A stretch of 20,000 nt of DNA from an uncultured virus (IMG/VR IMGVR_UViG_3300035520_000906) (IMGVR_UViG_3300035520_000906); one strand, 5' to 3'. Shown: positions 7,956 through 17,174, counted from the first letter of the stretch. Made by a program: numbers and translations. The notes: generated by a model from the letters alone, not told the origin.

Positions 7956-10900
7956 TTAACTTAAGTCCATTAGTTCTGATAACTTGAAATCTGATAATAT
8001 TTTTAATGATTTATCTATTACATATATGTAATTATTATTATCATTACTGTAATATTCATCTATTATGATATTACAAGATGCACCAGGTGCTTTGTAACTA
8101 TTTATCTTTGTATAACCAGTCAAAATTTTCTGTATTTCTTTAACTGCTCCATTATTTATATAGTATGTTAAGTAATTGTAATTAAAGTTTGGCATTTCAC
8201 TAATTACTTTATCTGTATTAGCTAAATTTACTTGTGTATTGTTACCAAAACTCTCAAGTATCTCTTTATCTGGCATATAACTCATTATTGATGTAAAACT
8301 GTTATTGTTTGATCTCTTTCTGTATTCTCTCAAATCTCTAATGTTATCTACTTGTAAAGTAACCAAGTCAAATAATTTGCAGTCAGCAGCTGCTAATGCT
8401 ACTGATATACCTTCTTCATTCTTATCTTCTCTATGCATTTGATTTAAAATTTCACATGCTTTCCTATAATTTTGTAATCTACATATAGGAATAAAGTGTC
8501 TGCCAGTAAAAACTATCATGTAAATATATCCTGTTGTACAATCAAGTGTTACTAATGTCTGAACTCCATCTGGACTATTTTTTCTTGAACCATTACCATA
8601 TGTCCACATTACAGACCTTCCTATTATGTAAAAGATATCCATTTTATCTTTTATTTTTTTCTCTGATTCATAGTGTCTGTTTAGTTTATAATATTCGTCT
8701 TGCTTATCTTGTGTTAATGCACTAATCTGTTTTTCTCTTTCTTCCCGTTCTCTCCAAGTGTCTATCTTATTTTCCCAGCAGAAGCTACGTAATTTACTAT
8801 AGATTTCATTATATTCATGCTCTGCTCTATATGGCTGATATATTAAGTCCTCATCTGACATAAACTTTAAGAACTGCTCACCTGTTCCACTAAATCTGTT
8901 ATGTCGTGTTTGAATGTTTCTACAATTACTTAATAATGACATTATTGTATCATCATATACGAAATATCTTTTCTCTCCGGTACTTTCATCTATGTACTCA
9001 ACAACTTCCATACAGCACTCCATGTAATCTGTCTTGTATTTTTTAAGTCTATTTACACTTTTTCCATCTATTCTGTGCTCAATAATTTTAACCCCAGATT
9101 CAGTTACATTTAACAATGTGCCAAGATCTTCTCCATAGTAGTTTTGTCTCCAATCAAACTTGGCTTTTATATCATCATAGTCTGACTTATCTATCTCATT
9201 AAATGTAGGTAAATTTATCATCATTTCAACTTGCTGTTTTGACATTTTTTGATAAGGATTCTCATTGAAATTACCAAATGTCATTGCAAATTGCCATAAT
9301 GATGATACTTCAGCTGCGGGTATTTCAAAAATACTATCTGCATTTGCTTCATTATCCTCTGTATTTGAATTTCTTTGTGCTAGTACTGCATTATATAAAA
9401 TGCTATCTCTATACTGAGAGTTAATAGTATTTATAAACTGTTTTAATCCTTCATCAGAATCCATTGTTTCAAGACTAAATAAGCTTTCCATTGATATATC
9501 TGTATGAACTAAGCTGTTAAATATATCATTCCTTGATGACTTAATGTTAGCCTTAAATGCTTGCACTCTGAATCTTTCAATATTATTCTCTTCACCCTTA
9601 CCACATGCAAGTGTCAATATTATCTTTGAATCTATGTTATATAACATATTCATGTATTTATCTATAAAGTTACTTGTTTCTTTAAGTAATTTAGGTAGCT
9701 TAGATGTATTTGATGTTAAATGCTGATTTATTTCTCTGTTAGCAAAATCTATTTTATCTAACTTTGTCAATTCATTTGTGCCTATTAAAGCTAATGCTCC
9801 ATGATTAAGTTTAGTAACCTGACGACTACTCATTTCAATCTCAGAGTTTCCCACATATCCCATGTATATTAGTTTCTTACCATTTGTAAGTGCCATGTAT
9901 TTATCAATCTTTTTACTGTTTGTATACCCAATGTATATATGATGTAAACTGATTCCATCTTGCCACATTGGATGACTTTCTGCTTTCATCTTGATATTAC
10001 TATCACTTGATAATATCATAAGTGCATCTTTAGTAAAAGGCAAATTACTAGTTGGTAACTGCTTTAGTAGTTCTATAAAAGTATATGTTTGTATATCACA
10101 ACTCTCTGCCTCTTCAACATTAGTTGCGTACATTGTAAGTCCAAAGTAATCTATTATTTCATCTGGTATTTCTATATTATAATTTGTATTTATTGGAAAT
10201 TCTGACAAACCAACATAATCTCCATCAAGTCCTATACCCTCTGCATATTCTATATTATTTAGAATTACATCCATAATACTCTTGCCAAGCATATTTTCCT
10301 TCATGGCAGTTCTCTTTAATTTTTCGAGTTCATCGCTATGTTTATCTGCATCTATTATTTCAACATCTACACCACATGATTTTAACCTATTATATACAAC
10401 TGAATTAAATGCTACTTTTACTTTTACATTATGTTTAATTAAGTTTGCTAAGTTATTTATAAGTGCATTCCTATCAACTTCCCCTGATCTTTTCTTGGCT
10501 GGTATAATGTCTCCTTTTATTGTTATAGATATATCAGATACATTATCAACGCTGTTAAGCAATATAAATCCTTTGTTACCATTTATATTGCATTTGCCAA
10601 CATTATTTTTTATTCCAAGCCCAGGTGTTGCTATTAAGTTGTTAAATTCCAAGTGTTCGCCTTCTTGAAGAACAACTCCGTAGTACATATTGAAATTATC
10701 TGATGGTTCGCTTAACATGTTAGCTGAGAAGAAAGTATCTACACTGTCACCTACTCTTCTATGTATGTCATCTACATTTGTTTTTCTATTACAGGTTCCA
10801 GCAAATGCTGATTTAGACCATTTAATCTTAGCATTTTCATCTAATTCAAGATATGTTTGCCATGAGAACATGTCTTTAAAGTCTGTATTAAATTTATTTC

Positions 10901-12146
10901 TCACATACTCATTAGTTGTTGAATTGAGTGCCATTTCTACCTTGTTTTCTGCACTATCCAACTTATTATCAAGTGTCAATGCTATTTCTTCTGCCTTTAT
11001 TTTTATATGTTTGGATGCAAAATTAGATACCCCAAATAGCAGAGAACTTCTTGACTCTATGTATATTTCCTTTGCTGCCATACAATTATTATAGTACCAA
11101 TACAAATGTAAGTATGCCTCATTACATTTTATTCTGCATTGATTACTTATAACTCTAAAATCAGAAAGATCTTTTATATCGTCTATGTCAATCTTATTTA
11201 TATAACTAAATCCTACAATAAACTTGATTTCTTTAAGACCTGTTGACTTTAGCATATTCTCAACATAGCATTGGTCTATTGTTACAAAATTTATTGTTAA
11301 GTCATCTATCAATATGTTATTGCACACACAATTATTAAGTACTATAAATTTATGTTGACTTATACTTCTCATATTTAATGTATGAGTCTCAAATTTATGT
11401 TTATTTTTATCTGTACTTGTTTCTCTTATAGTAATTGAATTACATAAGCTGTTACTCACTGTTAATAAATTAATACTTGATATTATACAATGTGTATCTA
11501 TAAAATTTCTTATCCATTCATCTGTACAATCATAAACTATCTCTAGGTCTATATTCTTATTTTGTACTGATATACCTTCAGTTGTCAATGTAACTCCAAC
11601 TAAGTCAGCATATCTTCGTGCTGCCTCGTCATTTTCAGGTAGCTCCTTTTCGCCATATACAGCTACTAAGTATTCACTAAATTTTATTACTATTTTATTT
11701 ATTGCTCCACTAGAAAGTAAATTTGCACGTATAATGCCTGCTACTCTATGTGTCATGTCAATACTATTTATTACATAGTTTTTACCTGAAGTATCACATA
11801 TTTTTATTATATTACCTAATAAGTCACTTACTAAATAATAAGGTGTATTTTTAAATTGTATTAGTGCAGTCTTATTCTTTATAGTTGGCTCTGTATGTTC
11901 TACACCAGCTTCTTTAGCTATTATATCAGCTACTTTTATAAAATTCTCTGGTATAGCATCTACCATTATTAGTTTACCATTAGATGCTATCTTTAAATTT
12001 ATAATGTCAGCCTGTCCATTATGTATTGCATACTTTATATTTTCAGTTGCAACACTCATAGTTTTGCCAGTTCCATCTTGTAATATGTAACCAACAGTTT
12101 GACCATGTTTATTTGTGACTTTTTGAATTGCTCTGCACTTTAACAT
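7956..12146 (-). CDS. large hypothetical protein (1396 aa)
   Basis: 4.2-kb open frame with GGAGGA RBS; N-terminal module shared with the 264-aa protein; no other recognisable motif. Confidence 0.9.
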   Translation of the reverse strand: MLKCRAIQKVTNKHGQTVGYILQDGTGKTMSVATENIKYAIHNGQADIINLKIASNGKLIMVDAIPENFIKVADIIAKEAGVEHTEPTIKNKTALIQFKNTPYYLVSDLLGNIIKICDTSGKNYVINSIDMTHRVAGIIRANLLSSGAINKIVIKFSEYLVAVYGEKELPENDEAARRYADLVGVTLTTEGISVQNKNIDLEIVYDCTDEWIRNFIDTHCIISSINLLTVSNSLCNSITIRETSTDKNKHKFETHTLNMRSISQHKFIVLNNCVCNNILIDDLTINFVTIDQCYVENMLKSTGLKEIKFIVGFSYINKIDIDDIKDLSDFRVISNQCRIKCNEAYLHLYWYYNNCMAAKEIYIESRSSLLFGVSNFASKHIKIKAEEIALTLDNKLDSAENKVEMALNSTTNEYVRNKFNTDFKDMFSWQTYLELDENAKIKWSKSAFAGTCNRKTNVDDIHRRVGDSVDTFFSANMLSEPSDNFNMYYGVVLQEGEHLEFNNLIATPGLGIKNNVGKCNINGNKGFILLNSVDNVSDISITIKGDIIPAKKRSGEVDRNALINNLANLIKHNVKVKVAFNSVVYNRLKSCGVDVEIIDADKHSDELEKLKRTAMKENMLGKSIMDVILNNIEYAEGIGLDGDYVGLSEFPINTNYNIEIPDEIIDYFGLTMYATNVEEAESCDIQTYTFIELLKQLPTSNLPFTKDALMILSSDSNIKMKAESHPMWQDGISLHHIYIGYTNSKKIDKYMALTNGKKLIYMGYVGNSEIEMSSRQVTKLNHGALALIGTNELTKLDKIDFANREINQHLTSNTSKLPKLLKETSNFIDKYMNMLYNIDSKIILTLACGKGEENNIERFRVQAFKANIKSSRNDIFNSLVHTDISMESLFSLETMDSDEGLKQFINTINSQYRDSILYNAVLAQRNSNTEDNEANADSIFEIPAAEVSSLWQFAMTFGNFNENPYQKMSKQQVEMMINLPTFNEIDKSDYDDIKAKFDWRQNYYGEDLGTLLNVTESGVKIIEHRIDGKSVNRLKKYKTDYMECCMEVVEYIDESTGEKRYFVYDDTIMSLLSNCRNIQTRHNRFSGTGEQFLKFMSDEDLIYQPYRAEHEYNEIYSKLRSFCWENKIDTWREREEREKQISALTQDKQDEYYKLNRHYESEKKIKDKMDIFYIIGRSVMWTYGNGSRKNSPDGVQTLVTLDCTTGYIYMIVFTGRHFIPICRLQNYRKACEILNQMHREDKNEEGISVALAAADCKLFDLVTLQVDNIRDLREYRKRSNNNSFTSIMSYMPDKEILESFGNNTQVNLANTDKVISEMPNFNYNYLTYYINNGAVKEIQKILTGYTKINSYKAPGASCNIIIDEYYSNDNNNYIYVIDKSLKILSDFKLSELMDLS

Positions 12147-12234
12147 CTGTGTATCCTCCGAGTATTATCTATTCAATAATAAAATCAATTTATATATTAT
12201 GAAGCCCATGCATTATTAAAAGCTGTTAAACAAA

Positions 12235-12268
12235 TAATGACTACTATATCTTAGTATAGTAGTCATTA
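12235..12268 (-). terminator. hairpin, probable terminator
   Basis: Perfect 14-bp inverted repeat TAATGACTACTATA/TATAGTAGTCATTA just after the stop of the 109-aa ORF, followed by TTTGTTT. Confidence 0.65.
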
Positions 12269-12272
12269 AATA

Positions 12273-12602
12273 TTACTGTCTTATAAAATAAACATCAAAT
12301 CTATATTTCTTTGCCTCTTCTTCATCTATCTGTCTAACTCTTATTATCCTCTGTGATTCTACATCCCTTGGTCTCTGCCCACATCTCATTCTCATGTCTT
12401 GTTTCCATAATTGCTCTTGATGTTTTTCTTTTATTAGGATTTCTGTTATATTATCACTAGGTTGTCTACCTATTTTACTTATTGCTATATGTCTATGTGT
12501 ACTAGGTACAACATAATATGCATATGCTATATTACTATTTATAAGGTAATAACCTGTTTGTGTTCCAACAAATCTACTATCTCTGTCACAGTATACTCTC
12601 AT
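12273..12602 (-). CDS. hypothetical protein (109 aa)
   Basis: Intact ORF, AGGGG RBS-like sequence, followed by a hairpin. Confidence 0.75.
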   Translation of the reverse strand: MRVYCDRDSRFVGTQTGYYLINSNIAYAYYVVPSTHRHIAISKIGRQPSDNITEILIKEKHQEQLWKQDMRMRCGQRPRDVESQRIIRVRQIDEEEAKKYRFDVYFIRQ

Positions 12603-12820
12603 AACTTATGCCCCTTTACTCTAGTGAAATTTTTAAAATTTTTAAATTCAATGCCTTTGTGTAATGTATACCTAAAAAATGACCACTGTTTATTAAATTT
12701 TGTTAATTATGCATTTAATAGTATTTAATGTTATTATATCAATTTTTCATATGAACCTATATAAATTTTACACTAATCATTAACTTATTGTTAAATATTA
12801 TAAAATTGAAATCTTGTATA

Positions 12821-13306
12821 TTATGCAACGACTACTCTTTCTGTTACCCAATGTTTACCAGTTTTTGATCTCTGATTCATAAATGCTGCTTTCTTACCTG
12901 CTGTTTTCTTATCAAACCTTGCTGCAGCTTGTGGATATGGTGTGTATCCACCATTTTTACCAACATATGTTACAGCATTGCCTGTATAATAACAAACTAA
13001 GTAATCCACATGTATTTTCTGATATGTTCTCTCTAATACACAGTATAAACCATTTATAAAAAATGTTTGATCAGGATATAGCATATGTTCTCTACTATAC
13101 TCTGTTGCCTCAAACTCGCTAGGAAATTGTGTACATGTATATGCTTCCATGTATGTAACTTTTCCTCTACAAGTAGCTAATCCAATTACCTTATGGTTAT
13201 TTGATATTGATACAAGCTGTTTTTCTGTAAGCTCAAGTCTGTCATAAGTATTCAAATCTAATAATTCTGCTGTATTATCGTCGTATGCTTTGTATACCAT
13301 GTACAT
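12821..13306 (-). CDS. hypothetical protein (161 aa)
   Basis: Intact ORF starting 1 nt after the upstream stop, AAGGAG RBS. Confidence 0.8.
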   Translation of the reverse strand: MYMVYKAYDDNTAELLDLNTYDRLELTEKQLVSISNNHKVIGLATCRGKVTYMEAYTCTQFPSEFEATEYSREHMLYPDQTFFINGLYCVLERTYQKIHVDYLVCYYTGNAVTYVGKNGGYTPYPQAAARFDKKTAGKKAAFMNQRSKTGKHWVTERVVVA

Positions 13307-13307
13307 T

Positions 13308-13574
13308 TCATCTGTACTCCTTGCTGATGTCTGTTACTAATATTGTCACTTTTCCATCATCTGACATAAATCCAAATGATGTTTTCATATTTTCAAGAGA
13401 ACTATCTGTAATTACCCTGTTAAATTTTTCTATTACATGTTCTTTCTCTTCTTCAGATATATTACCTTTGTTCATTGCATTACACATTTCTAAATAGATT
13501 GTGTCTCTATCTGCACAAGGTATATTATGTTCCTTTCCATTAACTATTGTTTTAAGACTATATGCCTTTACCAT
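13308..13574 (-). CDS. hypothetical protein (~88 aa, MVKAYSLK...)
   Basis: The track start (13661) lies in the repeat tail; the ATG at 13574 follows GGAGAAGGA and is the better start. Confidence 0.7.
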   Translation of the reverse strand: MVKAYSLKTIVNGKEHNIPCADRDTIYLEMCNAMNKGNISEEEKEHVIEKFNRVITDSSLENMKTSFGFMSDDGKVTILVTDISKEYR

Positions 13575-13661
13575 TTTATATTCCTTCTCCCCATACAAAT
13601 CATTTACTGTTCCAAAAGTACATAAATAATGTGTAGAAACACCATTTATATAGCTATGCAT

Positions 13662-13764
13662 ACTTTAATCACTGTCTACATTCTATTATCTTCGCTATTG
13701 AGATAGACAAGAAGCTCATCAGGCATCGCCAGATGAGCTTCTTGCCTATGTACTGATTCCTATA
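13662..13764 (-). ncRNA. array unit 1 (putative RT-template ncRNA)
   Basis: Hairpin 13703-13749: CAAGAAGCTCATC/GATGAGCTTCTTG stem, then GGC-ATC-GCC apex (plus strand). Confidence 0.7.
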
Positions 13765-13828
13765 TGCAAATTTTTATGTATTTCTAATATATAATAATGT
13801 GTAGAAGCATTATTATATTAGCACAAAC

Positions 13829-13931
13829 ACTTTAGTCCCTGTCTACATTACATTATCTCTTATTGAGATAGCAAGGAAGCAGCTTCACGCCTCGCTTGAA
13901 GCAGCTTCCTTGCTATGTACTGACTACTATA
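13829..13931 (-). ncRNA. array unit 2 (putative RT-template ncRNA)
   Basis: Hairpin 13868-13916: ATAGCAAGGAAGC/GCTTCCTTGCTAT, GCTTCA/TGAAGC, GC-CTC-GC apex. Outer stem carries a compensatory change. Confidence 0.7.
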
Positions 13932-13952
13932 TCTGTGCTATTTTCATGTATA

Positions 13953-14054
13953 ACTTTAATCACTGGGTGTATACTATATCTCTCTATTGAGATAGACCCG
14001 GGCTATATCAGGGCATCGCCTGATAGAGCCAGGGCCTATGTACTGATTACTATT
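13953..14054 (-). ncRNA. array unit 3 (putative RT-template ncRNA)
   Basis: Hairpin 13992-14039: CCCGGGCTATATCAG/CTGATAGAGCCAGGG with a GGC-ATC-GCC apex. Confidence 0.7.
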
Positions 14055-14091
14055 ATACATTATGTACACCAACACATTTTTATTGTAGATT

Positions 14092-14193
14092 ACTTAAATC
14101 ACTGATTGCATGTCATAAACCTCTATTGAGATAGACATGAGTCTACCTGCACCTCGTGCAGTGTAGACTAATGCCTATGTACTGATTCCTATA
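14092..14193 (-). ncRNA. array unit 4 (putative RT-template ncRNA)
   Basis: Hairpin 14131-14178: AGTCTAC/GTAGACT, then CTGCAC-CTC-GTGCAG. Confidence 0.7.
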
Positions 14194-14224
14194 ATCTATT
14201 GTGTGCAACAACACATTTTGTATC

Positions 14225-16147
14225 TTACAAAAATCTTAATTGTCCTATATACTTTTCTACCAATGTAGATGAACAATTCTTTTCAGATGTAACCATGCTA
14301 ACTACAGATGCTAGTTCACCCTGTAACATTGGATGTTTTATGTTGTGTGATACACCAAGTTGTCTGTAGTTTATCAATGCTGACTCTCTTAAATACCATG
14401 TTCCGTAGTTGTATACATCGTTATCATTTAAGAATACATTAAACCCTGATGAGAAGTACATCTTTAATTCTGGTGATAACTTGTAATCTGTTGTTGACAA
14501 TTCATCAAAGTCAGGTTCTTCAATGCCAAGGTTTTCAATCCCCTCATAATTGTCTTCAACATATCTATGAACTGACTCAGAACCATAGATGTAAGCTATT
14601 GCTATTATCATTTCTATAGATGCTATAATTTGTTTATCTGGCAGATACTCTCTTTTACCTAGCATATGTGTTAATGAATACCTTGTTAGCAGTTTATCTA
14701 TATAGGCTACACAAGCTAAATCTCCAAGACATCTTGCTACCTCTTTATATCTACTATATGCTTTCTCTCCATCTGCTTCAGGCGAATCAATTGATACTTT
14801 TGTCATTACATTCTCATCTAGCAGTTCAAGATCATTTATAAGCACATCCCCTAAGTATAACAATGTTTTATTAAACCCTGTCTCTGTTGAGAATTTATAA
14901 CCCCTGTTTGATTCAGTAATTGCAAAGCCAAGCTGTGCTATATCGTTTGCTGTTGTAAATGTGCTTATGTTAAATACCTTTAAAAGTTCCTGCTCAGCCT
15001 TATTTTTACTAAGTCCAGTCAACCTTTTTACTTCTTTATTCTTTTTGGTATTTAAGTATGTCATTGACTTAATAAGTTTATCTGATGCATATCCGAGACT
15101 TTTCAATTTCTCAGCATTTTTCATATCAAGTCCTTTGACAAACACATATCCGTCTGTACTATGAGACTCTATGTATCTTATCTTTACTCTCTTGTTTAGT
15201 ATCTCATTGCACCATTGTGTATCACACAACTGGAACTGTGCTAATGCAAGCATATAAAGTTTATCTTCTTCAGTTTCATAGTAATTACCATCTGTATCAA
15301 GTCTAGCTGAATGTGGCATGTTCTTAACTATCTTATTAAGTAATGCTTTATCATTGTCACTTAAATCATACTTAGATAGTATTTCTTTTACAATTATCTG
15401 TGTTTCCTTACTATAATCAAAGAATCTTAATGTATAGTTTTGGTTAACCTCTTTTCTTGTAAAGACTTCGTCTCCAACAATTCTAGGTCCATTTGTTAAT
15501 CTACCATTACCACATAAGCCCCATTTAAGTGCCTTTGGCAGAACAAAATGTTCAAGCTTATATGCATGCTGTTCTTTTCTTCTCTTGGATGCTGCTGTTT
15601 CTTTCTTAGGCTCAACTTTCTCTTTCTCAATCTTTGTAAATTCACTCTTTATAGCAGAAATATAATATTTCTTGCAGCCAGTGCCGGATACAATTTTACC
15701 ATTTATTAAGTTTCTTTCAATTTTTGAATAACTTACCAGATTCAGTAGTGCTTCTTCTGAAATATCAATGATAGAAGCATTACTATCCATGATTCTGTAT
15801 CCAACTTTGTTCTTACCCTCAATGATTTCGCCAATTATCATTATACCAGGATTACCTACTACTCTCATGTTGGTGTCAAATATGTATAGTCTGTCCATAG
15901 AGCACTCGGTATTTACTATCTTCTTTCCTTTAAGTTCTGCATTTACAAACTTAAATTTTTGTAAAAGTACAATTGTTTGTTCCACAGTGTACATTTTAAA
16001 CTTCTTTGTTTTCTCTTGCATTATCACATAGCCGATTGTTTCTTTACCGTTAGTAACACTTCCAACTATGCGTAAATCACCGAGGTAATGTACTTTCTCT
16101 GTGCAGTTATCCTTTGTATTGAATGCTTCATTTAAAAATGCTGCCAT
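14225..16147 (-). CDS. hypothetical protein (640 aa) directly upstream of the array
   Basis: Intact ORF, GGAGGTG RBS; two tandem N-terminal modules (IVGSVTNGKETIGYVI and IIGEIIEGKNKVGYRIMD). Confidence 0.9.
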   Translation of the reverse strand: MAAFLNEAFNTKDNCTEKVHYLGDLRIVGSVTNGKETIGYVIMQEKTKKFKMYTVEQTIVLLQKFKFVNAELKGKKIVNTECSMDRLYIFDTNMRVVGNPGIMIIGEIIEGKNKVGYRIMDSNASIIDISEEALLNLVSYSKIERNLINGKIVSGTGCKKYYISAIKSEFTKIEKEKVEPKKETAASKRRKEQHAYKLEHFVLPKALKWGLCGNGRLTNGPRIVGDEVFTRKEVNQNYTLRFFDYSKETQIIVKEILSKYDLSDNDKALLNKIVKNMPHSARLDTDGNYYETEEDKLYMLALAQFQLCDTQWCNEILNKRVKIRYIESHSTDGYVFVKGLDMKNAEKLKSLGYASDKLIKSMTYLNTKKNKEVKRLTGLSKNKAEQELLKVFNISTFTTANDIAQLGFAITESNRGYKFSTETGFNKTLLYLGDVLINDLELLDENVMTKVSIDSPEADGEKAYSRYKEVARCLGDLACVAYIDKLLTRYSLTHMLGKREYLPDKQIIASIEMIIAIAYIYGSESVHRYVEDNYEGIENLGIEEPDFDELSTTDYKLSPELKMYFSSGFNVFLNDNDVYNYGTWYLRESALINYRQLGVSHNIKHPMLQGELASVVSMVTSEKNCSSTLVEKYIGQLRFL

Positions 16148-16243
16148 TTCACACCTCCAAATATTTATAAATAAAACTATTCAATATTCATTTCAGTGTA
16201 ACTAGAATAGTAGTTTTTTAATTGATATATCGTATATTCCATA

Positions 16244-17167
16244 TTATATTGTGCTCCATGTCTTATTTGTATTACGTTCATATTCATCCACCCAATAGTT
16301 TTTGAATATTAACTTTATGTTTATACCATATTTTATCATAGATCTTCCATTATAAAGCTGTTTTAACTGGTTATTAAATGTATCATCTTCACAATATAGT
16401 TTGCATCTCATCACACAGAATAAGTAAGACTCAAATTTTAATTTTCTAATCTTATAAAGTTCCACTGTATCTATCATACCATGTTTCAGTACAACTTCAT
16501 CATACTTAAAGTTTCTTACATCCCTATAACTATGTTGATATTTGAAATCCTTACTATATGTATTTAATCCGTACTGCTCTCTATATTCCTTCTCTTTGTT
16601 TCTAAACTTCTGTATTGATTTATCTATATAATGATATCCGCCTGCATGTTTATTTATTATGAAATCATCTTCAGTAAAACAGCTCTCTATATACAGTTGA
16701 TATAGTTTTTTGATACTAAATGTATGTTCTGCTATCCATTTATTAGTTGTTACTATAAACCTTTCATCTGTATCTATATTAACACACTTGATTGCTACAT
16801 TATCTATGCTTATTTCATATTTTTTGTAACTGTAATTGTGCCTAATACTTAATGTTGAATCTTTTAATATTAGATGCCCTTTATTATTTGTTCTAAAGTG
16901 TTTATCAGAAATTTCATATGTGTCATATTCATAATATGGTATATAGCATATTTTATCTCTATAGTTAAATTCTATATCACTTAGCCATGTTAACCACTTA
17001 TTGTCCACTATTACTATTATTCTGTTGTTTATATTTGAATTTACTAAGCTATACAAATCTTCATATTGTTTTATTTTATATAAATCATTGTTTAAATTAT
17101 GTTCACTAAGTATACTCTCATATAGCTGCTGTGTATCTTCTCCAAAATATGGTATTCCTGATAACAT
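16244..17167 (-). CDS. hypothetical protein (307 aa)
   Basis: Intact ORF starting 7 nt after the glycosyltransferase stop; no motif recognised. Confidence 0.8.
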   Translation of the reverse strand: MLSGIPYFGEDTQQLYESILSEHNLNNDLYKIKQYEDLYSLVNSNINNRIIVIVDNKWLTWLSDIEFNYRDKICYIPYYEYDTYEISDKHFRTNNKGHLILKDSTLSIRHNYSYKKYEISIDNVAIKCVNIDTDERFIVTTNKWIAEHTFSIKKLYQLYIESCFTEDDFIINKHAGGYHYIDKSIQKFRNKEKEYREQYGLNTYSKDFKYQHSYRDVRNFKYDEVVLKHGMIDTVELYKIRKLKFESYLFCVMRCKLYCEDDTFNNQLKQLYNGRSMIKYGINIKLIFKNYWVDEYERNTNKTWSTI

Positions 17168-17174
17168 TTTCTTT

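Larger units (their letters stand above)
13662..14193 (-). repeat. array of four structured ncRNA-like units with conserved flanks and variable hairpins
   Basis: Plus-strand consensus ACTT(T/A)A(A/G)TC(A/C)CTG-N~18-20-(C/T)TATTGAGATAG-[hairpin]-CTATGTACTGA(T/C)T(C/A)CTAT, with units starting at 13662, 13829, 13953 and 14092. Confidence 0.93.

Noticed and set aside
12238..12251. 14-nt identity TGACTACTATATCT with array unit 2 (13921-13934), considered as a target site or fifth unit
   Set aside because: AT-rich, lacks the other array blocks, and is explained as one arm of a terminator hairpin.
13575..13661. N-terminal 29 aa of the 117-aa ORF
   Set aside because: Its start lies in the duplicated non-coding tail of array unit 1; a better RBS and ATG exist at 13574.
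13662..14193. CRISPR array
   Set aside because: The variable segments are themselves long hairpins, the constant parts are split into several blocks, spacing is irregular, and no cas genes are present.
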